NCBI RefSeq assembly: GCF_001194135.2
Contig: NC_068987.1
Span: 85,820,702 to 85,881,922, forward strand
Source: Octopus bimaculoides
Lineage: Eukaryota
Reading direction: 5' to 3'
Length of the DNA stretch: 61,221 nt
Part shown: positions 52,650-61,221 of the stretch, one piece after another
Layout: each line of letters opens with the position of its first letter
Position numbering within the stretch: position 1 is the first letter of the stretch
Made by a program: the position numbers and the translations under genes
Notes under the pieces: model-generated
Told to the model about the DNA's origin: nothing
The model's database searches: none
What the model saw: the letters and a program-made list of their open reading frames with translations, nothing else

Positions 52650-52862
52650 GCTTTAAATTTCTGCACAAGCCCAGCAATTTCGGGAGAGAGAGTAAGTCGA
52701 TCACAGCTATTTCAGCGTTCAGCTGGTGCCTATTTTAAAGACCCTTAAAGGGATAAAAGGGAAAGTCAACCACCGATGGTATATGAACTCAGAACGTAAA
52801 GACGGACAAAATGCCGTTAAGCATTTTGCATCGCCTGCTAATGATTCTGCCTGCTCGCCATC
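52650..52862 (-). mobile_element. Degenerate SINE family D
   Basis: Reverse-complement match to the family D core and head. Confidence 0.75.
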
Positions 52863-53730
52863 TCACAGACGCTTACTATTTTAGTTAATTTAACACTTAA
52901 AAGTGACATATATCAAATATAATGTAGAGATTTGATCAATAGTTCTAGCTCCGTTTTTTCTAAAGGCGTTGACTTTGTATCGTAGCTGTTAAGGTATTAC
53001 GTCTGATGACGTAACAGACAAACATTTATTTTGATTTCCACGGCTGTTTTTTTTTGCGACAGATGATGTCTTATGCAAGAGAGAGAAAAAACTTATGATC
53101 TAGAGAAATTAAATCAGTTTGTATTCAGTTTTGATATTCCGCATTCTGCCATCAACGCCTGCAAGTATGTTAAATACGTGTGCTATTGACAGCCAGGTTG
53201 ATTATAAGTAAACCACATGTTGTCTCAGCCGTCCGTAGTTTCATCAAAATAGCGGACTGTGTTCAGCTACATGAAAAATAATACACAATAACAGAATCAA
53301 GAATGGTCATGTTGTGTGATGGTAGTAGAAGTAGAGTAATCAAATCAACTCGGTTTACATTCAAGACTTATTCTTGACAAGGAAATATGTTACATATAGT
53401 TAAGAGTGGTGTCTTCGAGTTAGTTTATCTCTATGGTTAAAAGTGAAGCATTTAGACACAATGTACGCTTGAGATTCAGGGAAATCAATGAATTTGCTTA
53501 GCAAGTAAAACTTTCAATTCGATTCATTGTACTTCCCAAGTCATTGGGGTTTTTCGTATCTATGAGAAAATGGAACATTATAAAAGGCGGATAATTAACC
53601 GGCCTCACATATACATACACACATATATACATAATACATACATGCATGCATGTATACATGCATACATGCATACATACATACATACATACATACATAGTGG
53701 CATGTCCCAGTGAAGACCTCATTAAAATGT

Positions 53731-54034
53731 AAGCACAATAGACCTGATATAATGGTTTCAGATAGAGAAGAGAAACTGTGCAGAGTCGTGGAAATTAGCT
53801 GCTAAGAGGATGTTAACATGAAGCTGAAGATCAGTGAAAAAGAGAACGCCTATGCTGAACTATTGAGAAATCCGCAGTTACTCTATCCAGATTACAAGTT
53901 GACGTTTATACCTGTAATTATTAGAGCCCTGGGATATGTAACACACTGCCTAAACACCAATCTTGAGAAATTAGGCTCAAAAGAATAATTGGAACTATAA
54001 AAATCTGTAAAACCTTCCAGAATTTTACCATTTA
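53731..54034 (+). mobile_element. RLE-type LINE endonuclease fragment (R4/Dong-related, distinct subfamily) between (CATA)n arrays
   Basis: KHNRPDIMV...LCRVVEISC*EDVN...SEKENAYAELL...FIPVIIRALG...NLEKLG and IIGTIKICKTF. Confidence 0.85.
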
Positions 54035-54284
54035 AATATATATAAACATGTCAAGATATGCAACTATATGTATGGGAATACATACATAAAACACATAAAT
54101 GTGCACGTATATACATACATACATACATACATACATACATACAAAATACCCTCTTGTTGATGCTGAAATTCCACTGAAGAAGCCTTGGATCTAGGTTAGA
54201 AACCGGTTCTTTATCTATTGGCAAGAAATCTTGAAATAAACTGAATGATGATATACATACATACATACATACATACATAGTAGG

Positions 54285-54510
54285 AATCTGCAGTAAATAT
54301 GGGGCATCCTACACTGAGAGTAAATACTAGAATATTACACTTTCGAATAAACGAGCATATGCTCACAGATACCTCAACAAAAAGAAAAAGACTCATGAAG
54401 ACGTGCCAGATCCAGGATTTCGAATTATCCAACAGTTTCACACATCGCAGCAGAGGCAATCACAGACTCATGGAGATGCTGTTTATAAACAAACTAAAAC
54501 CAAACACGTT
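54285..54510 (+). mobile_element. Penelope-like GIY-YIG endonuclease remnant (second type)
   Basis: CSKYGASYTES, then a frameshift to TRILHFRINEH...LMEMLFINKLKPN. This matches C..C.A.YIG.T.R.L..RI.EH...LE.L.I.K.KP.LN. Confidence 0.75.
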
Positions 54511-55007
54511 TATGAAGAAAAGAACTATGTGAAGCAGACTGGTTACTATAGAAATACCAGACTTCGCATGTCAACTTCCTTCCCCACATAACTGGGCAAT
54601 TTCCTTTTCTATCCATCGTTCTTCGACATGTCTTCAAAAAGGCATCATAGCCCCGAAATATGAGAAAAATACGGTAAAAATACAACTTTGTTTTGTTGTG
54701 TAAGACAGGAACAATGCGAATTATAAAGATATAAAGTGAACTAAACAATGTAATACCATACAACGCTGCACTAAAACTCATCCATTTTAATATAACATAA
54801 TATGATATTATGCTCCAGCATGACTACAGCCAAATAACTAAAAGACATAAAAGAATACAAGAGTACAAACTTACATGTGTGTGTACAGAATACGTCAGCT
54901 TTTTCGCGGTTCGGCATTACCTTCATTATTTTCAGTATCATCGTCTTAAATCAATATCATTCATTATTGGTGACTAACAGTACTTTTGACTTTAATCTTT
55001 ATTAAAT

Positions 55008-55039
<32 letters not shown>

Positions 55040-55042
<3 letters not shown>

Positions 55043-55166
55043 TAATATTTTACGTTGTATTTTGGCATTTATAAGCATTTTTATGGACCACGTCCAATAC
55101 TCACGGTTGTTCACTATTCGCGGGTACTCTATGAACGTAACCCCCGCGAATACCGGGGGACTACTC

Positions 55167-55168
<2 letters not shown>
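55040..55168 (-). mobile_element. pogo/Tigger-like terminus
   Basis: The reverse complement (cagagtagtcccccggtattcgcgggggttacgttc...) resembles the terminus at 15383. Confidence 0.6.
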
Positions 55169-55200
<32 letters not shown>

Positions 55201-55824
55201 CGCACACTCACATATACATATATATTTATGTATTTATGCATGCATGCATGTAAGTATACATTGTGTGAACCGTGTATGTGTAAATTTGTGTAAATGTATG
55301 TATAGATTTTGTGAAGTGGGCTACAGATTTTATATATTTAGAAAGAAAGTTGTCAGGAACTGGATAAATGTTATTTGTGTAGCGCTTTCAAGCCTTTGAG
55401 GAATTCATCAAGAATCATTTTTTTTAGAGAAAATAGTGTTTATATATGATTTAGTTGAAAAACATCTAGAGTTGAACTTGTTTTCTTGGGTTTCTGGAAG
55501 AGGATGTTTAGGAAGTGGTTGAGATGTTCTTTGTTATATTGAATGAATATGTGAGAATGTATGACCGTCTATGCATGTATGTGTATGTCTGTGTGTTTGT
55601 GTGCTTATGTTTGAGTATATAAAAAAAACCAAGAAATCAAATTTAGCTCCAGATATTTTCAGGTAACTTATAAATAAAAGTTATGAATTTCGTATAAAAA
55701 AATTATTTATGATGAATTCCTCAAAGGAAGGAGAAGCCCAAATTAATGTTTATCCAAATCCTGACTACCTCCATTCTTCTTAATACATATGTGTGTTTGT
55801 GTTTGTATGTGTGTGCGTGTTCGT

Positions 55825-55893
<69 letters not shown>

Positions 55894-55968
55894 NNNNNNN
55901 NNNNNNNNNNNNNNNNNNNNNNNNNNNNNNNNNNNNNNNNNNNNNNNNNNNNNNNNNNNNNNNNNNNN

Positions 55969-56027
<59 letters not shown>

Positions 56028-56551
56028 AGCATTATTTATTACAATTGATAATAATTTCCCTTTCCAATTCAAAAACAAAATATTGTCCTCCTGAATTTGT
56101 ACCTCGCGTATTCAGAATATTTGAAATTACTCCTTGTAAGATGTTTTCGATACGACAAGAGATGAATGTACTCCGTCTGTGTTTATGCTATAATAAATTT
56201 GTTTCTTATGGAACATTAATGAGATTGTCATGAACATTGAATTGATTTCTGTATACATCAAATTTGAGATAGCTTACTGTCACAAATTAATTTTATTTCA
56301 AAAGCCATTCTAAAACAACCAAGGACCTGCTTACTGTCTTATAAATTGTATGACAGCCTAAGCGTGCTCTGAAAAATCCTGCCATACTCCCTAGGTACGT
56401 AAGTCTGCTACGGACTCACAGTATGTCTCAAGCTAGAATCAATAATAGCGCTTTGTAATAATCTTACTATATATAGATCGAACTTCACTTAAGGGGATTT
56501 GAACTTTATTGTTTCTTTTTTTGTTTTTTTAGGTTCCTTGCTTAACATCAC

Positions 56552-56940
56552 GTCAGGCGGTGAACTGGAAAAACTGTTGGAGAGTTAGACGGCATGCTTA
56601 GTGGAATTTTTCCGATCCTTTATGCTTTGAGTTCGAATCCCGCTGAGTGAATATTTGGAGTCGATGTAATTGACTAGTTGCCTCGCACCAAACGTCAGAC
56701 CTTGTCCCTAAAGTAGAAAGAATTTTACTTAGCATCATGTAAAGCTGGAAGAATCATTAGAGCGTCAGGCAAAATGCTTAGCGCCATTTTCTCCAGCTAT
56801 TTATGTTGTGTGTTCAAATTTCGTCAAGATCAAATTTATGTCCCATTCTTCCGAAGTCGGTAAAATAAAGTACCAGTCAATCACTGGGTTCCATGTAATC
56901 GACTTATTACGTTTTGTAAAGCTGCCACAATTTGAAACCA
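56552..56940 (+). mobile_element. Two tandem degenerate SINE family D copies
   Basis: Head-like sequences at about 56555 and 56740, each followed by core and tail pieces. Confidence 0.7.
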
Positions 56941-58591
56941 TTACTTAGCATAATATATCGGAAGGCAAATCAATTTGAAAACAGATTTTTTAAAAATACT
57001 CAGAGAGGATTAGTTTGGCTGCAAATTCTTTGCTTCGTTAGACATTAATGACAAAGTGCCGCAATTCACAGACAGAACTATGGAGGAATCAGAGGAGAAA
57101 CGATTCCATCAACGGGATTCAATATAGAGAGACAAATAATAAGAAAGCAAACTATGTCTGGAAATAATTCATAGACATTATGGTTGAAAAGATGACAAAC
57201 ATTGAGAAATAACAATGAAGTACTATGGTGATTCACATATGTCCACAGGAAATTGAAACTGAAATGGAAGTATTTGAATTTTAAGATTTATGTCTTTCTT
57301 ATTCACGATGAATATTAGTGAAAAGAGAATTCCGTAATGTCTGATATATAGGAAAATCGTTACGACAAATAATTTTCTAACCAGCTTTGGCAACTGCAAT
57401 TTTCACTTCTATTGTGTGACAGTAAATTGAAAGATGAATGTTGCAATCCATTACAATGCGGGAAAGTTTTAGCAACAATCCAAAGTAAATGAACACACAC
57501 ATGCACAAATAAACACACACGCACAAACGNNNNNNNNNNTATATATATATATATATATATATACGTATGTATGTATGTATGTATGTATGTATGTATATAT
57601 GAATTATGTAAATATCGGTACATATACATTTAATGCTTACTGTTTCATCAAGGTAAGATCATAAAAAAAGGACTGCATCCAGTGAGAGGCAAATATTATT
57701 TAATGTGCAGAGTATAAAGATTCGAGCTACTAATAGTTTCTTCCTTTGGAGACATGTGTCCCCAATCTTCAAAGAGAGCGGTATTGTGTGTTACTGCAAT
57801 TTCTTAGTTACGATAAAAGCATATTAATATCAAGGTACAGAATGACAAATACTTTCTGCAGATTTCTTACTTTTTGTACTTTACCACTGACATTTTAATG
57901 CTCGTGACTCGAACTTGTATCTCCATCTTCATACTTTTTATACTGATGGAGATAATAGAATAAAAACTCGATAAATGTCACGTTGATCTTCAGCAGAAAT
58001 GACTGCTGTATTTGTCTGCACGGATGTTGTAGTATGTAGAGTAGGATAAATCATGTTTTGTACCTTTTTAGTTCTTTGCAGTAGTAGAAAACCTTCCCAA
58101 CCAGAAACTTTGCCGCAGACTTTTCCTCTGCATGAATTAACTTATTCTCTTTGTCCAAGTGTTTGTATTTTTTATTCTCAGTTTCTCTTACTTTTACCTA
58201 TTTCCTTGTATTTCCACCCGCAGATTTACTGAATGCCAGCATTTGCAAAAAACATATTTACATCACTTTTTTTCTTTAGAAACTGAATTTACATTTAAAC
58301 TACTACGCCAAATGTCACTTTAACTAACAAGTGAGTTTTTATTAATGTGTGCCATGGTAATAACAAGAAAAACTATATTTGGTCTTGACTGAAATTTGAA
58401 CAAGTATCAACACAATACGTCTTCTCGCTTAATTGAATAAAAATATATTTCAAAAACGAAATAAATATCATGTTGAGAAAGCGAGAAATCAGGAATATGT
58501 GAAGTGAGGAATGTTACGCGTATTAGAAAAGAGGCAGAGACAAAGAGAGCGAGAGAATGACCTACGCATACACATACGCGCAAACAGGAAC

Positions 58592-58672
<81 letters not shown>

Positions 58673-59169
58673 GACAGTTAAAGAGGGAGAAAGAGAGAGC
58701 GAGAGAAACAGGAGAAGTAACAAAAAAAATTGCTACAATAATGGAGGCGAAAAGGGACTAAAAGAGAAATAAATTGCCCCTTGTCAGAAAAAGTGAAAGA
58801 ATAAGAGATGAAAGAGTTGATAGTTATTCATTGGTAGACGTACAAAAGATGAAAAGACAAGGAAACAGAAATATAAAAAAAACAAGAGACAGAATGGAAT
58901 AAAGAGAGAGTAAAATAGAGATATATGTTGGCTGTAAGTAGGAAAGCTTACGATGAGGAATAGGAAGAGATACAGAAGTAAAACACGTGGATTAACGCTG
59001 TGGTAGCAACTGTTGTTAGCTTCAGACAAAAGACAAAGTAGGTAGGTGTAGACAGACATAGACACACAAACTGTCTAAAAAAGCAACTATATATGTGAGT
59101 GCGCATGTGTGAGTGTGTGTTGTGTGTGTATATACATATATGCACATCTATTACGTTAGTATATATGAA

Positions 59170-59252
<83 letters not shown>

Positions 59253-59689
59253 GTCGGTGTACATGAGTACTTGTACCTATATGTGTACGTATGTATACGT
59301 ACATATTTGTGTGTGTGTGTGTGTGTGTGTATAAATGTGCATGTAACTATAAATGCGTGTATTTGTATGCATGTGTAACAACGGAATTGCCAACCATTCC
59401 TTTTTGGGGGGATTTTTTTTTTTGTTCTTACTGTGATGCAACAAGGCGTAACTGAAAGTTTTTTGTTGTTATAATCGTCAAAGAATAGAGCTATGCAAGT
59501 GGAATTCTCGCGAGCATAATGGCGTCTACGTCCACTTTCTCTTGTCGTTTTCTTTATTATCCTGCGAAGCTTCATAACGGAATAACTAAAGTCGCTTACA
59601 TCGGCTTTAAGTTAGACGCCGGTACCACGTTAATGTCACATACTAAGATAATATCTTGTGAACATTATTTCAGAATTATTTCTCAAGCT

Positions 59690-59860
59690 TACATATGGCG
59701 GGGGCGTGTCTTTCTGATTAAGCACTTGGCAGCCACGTGATTTTCGATTCAGCCCCACTACGTGGAACCTTGGAAAACTGTCTTTTATAATAGACCTGGA
59801 CTGACCATTTACCTTGTAAGTGAAAAATCTGAGAGACGGAAAATGTAGATGACTGTCATA
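59690..59860 (+). mobile_element. Degenerate SINE family B head
   Basis: ccactacgtggaaccttgg...ccttgtaagtg...agacggaaa resembles family B. Confidence 0.6.
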
Positions 59861-59866
59861 TATATC

Positions 59867-60157
59867 TTGGCACTCCGTCGGTTACGAAGACGAGGGTTCC
59901 AGTTGATCCAATGAACGGAACAGCCTGCTCGTGAAATTAACGTGCAAGTGGCTGAACACGTGTCCACTTAACGTAGTTCTCGAGGATATTCAGCATGACA
60001 GAAAGTGTGAAAAGTATGGCCCTTTGAAATATAGGTGCAACAGAAACAGGAAGAAAGAGTGAGAGAAAGTAGTGGTGAAAGAATACAGTAGAGTTCGCCA
60101 CCACCCTTTGCCAGAGCCTCGTGGAGCTTTAGATGATTTCGCTCAATAAACACTCCC
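59867..60157 (-). mobile_element. SINE family A lacking the tRNA head
   Basis: Reverse-complement match to 25500-25788. Confidence 0.88.
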
Positions 60158-60496
60158 TACATAACACTGAAGAGATAACCTGGAAGATTTCGCTGCTTCT
60201 TGGCAGAAAGGGTCGTAAGGAACTAGCAGCTATACACCCATTCAGTTTTACTGACAATCTGTTCGTTTACTCTTTTACTCATTTGCGCATTTGTTCATTT
60301 ATTCAATTAACCACCTGTTCCTATATGCTTCAACACCCTTGTTTTTGAAATGACCAACTCTTTCTATTTGATAATCTGTACCACTAGAGCATGTGTATGT
60401 ATTCATCTAATATATTGGAATAAATAGACATACTAGAATGTTTATCAGTTGATGTCTGTCGATTTTGTATCCTCTCCACTTCCTTATTTGCCGTAT

Positions 60497-60565
<69 letters not shown>
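60497..60565. repeat. (GATA)n microsatellite, one of dozens of (AT)n, (CA)n, (AG)n, (CATA)n, (AAT)n and (GATA)n tracts
   Basis: Directly visible. Confidence 0.95.
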
Positions 60566-61221
60566 CATATGGCATAAAAGTTATTGGTAAGATAGTATTA
60601 TAAAAATGTTGATGATGGAAACTAGATAGAAATCGCATTGGCATTTGAACATGGCATGTGTTATCCCCAGTTGTGCAGCTCCTAAACATCTATATTGTTT
60701 AAATGTACTTCTGCAGTTGTCGAAATGTTGAGATTTCATTGAATATTATTTTTAAAAGTACGTTATAACGTATTTCTTTGTTTTTTTTTTTTTTGATAAA
60801 GTGAAATATCTTAAAATAAATCAAACATAAATAAAGAAAATTTGTACGGATTTAATGCTTTATTACATTTACATTACAATATTCTTGAACATATTTGTAA
60901 AAACACTCGAAATTGGAGGGAATATATACAAATGTATATTGAGACAGGCATGTTAAGTCATATTGACATGGATTCAATAAACAAAACAAAAATGTATGTG
61001 TGTGTAGGAGAGTGTGCGTGTGTATGTTCATGCATGCATATAGATGGCAGAGGACGTGTATATACTGCGAACAGCATTGGAAACAAATAGAGTGTAATAT
61101 ACGTTATACGGATTATATTTCAGGGGGAATGAAATATCATGAGGATTATACTCATGTATTCTATATTTCGAAGAGGAAAAATACACACAAGCACGCGCGC
61201 GCACGAACACACACACACACA

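Noticed and set aside
15383-55168. One giant transposon bounded by the two inverted Tigger-like termini
   Set aside because: The termini are quite diverged and 40 kb apart; independent remnants are simpler.
57060-57480. Minus-strand fragments faintly like GPCR TM6-TM7 (ILPF, SILNP)
   Set aside because: They lie in different frames with stops; the similarity is within chance for AT-rich DNA.

Overview
AT-rich, repeat-dense eukaryotic DNA, very likely from an octopus genome. This is inferred from the SINE families and the microsatellite load; no database check was possible. There are nine N-gaps totalling about 3.0 kb, almost all bordered by (AT)n, (AG)n or poly-A. I found no intact protein-coding gene that I can recognise. 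Most ORFs in the track are microsatellite or N-run artefacts, or pieces of decayed transposable elements. The window holds about a dozen fragments of R4/Dong-clade LINEs (RT, CCHC and restriction-like endonuclease), mostly beside (AAT)n arrays. It also holds two Penelope-like GIY-YIG remnants, a CR1-like LINE 3' end, RTE-like LINE 3' ends (one with tandem C2H2 fingers), a maT/DD37D-like Tc1-mariner remnant and pogo/Tigger-like termini. At least four tRNA-derived SINE families are present, labelled A-D here for convenience. The most striking structures are: (1) a 586-bp foldback element with 39-bp TIRs, an exact 8-bp TSD and a central head-to-head telomeric-repeat palindrome; (2) a roughly 150-bp hairpin at 17.5 kb; (3) hammerhead-like motifs near retroelement remnants; (4) an RLE-LINE piece bounded by (CATA)n rather than (AAT)n. 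None is demonstrably a new system from sequence alone.
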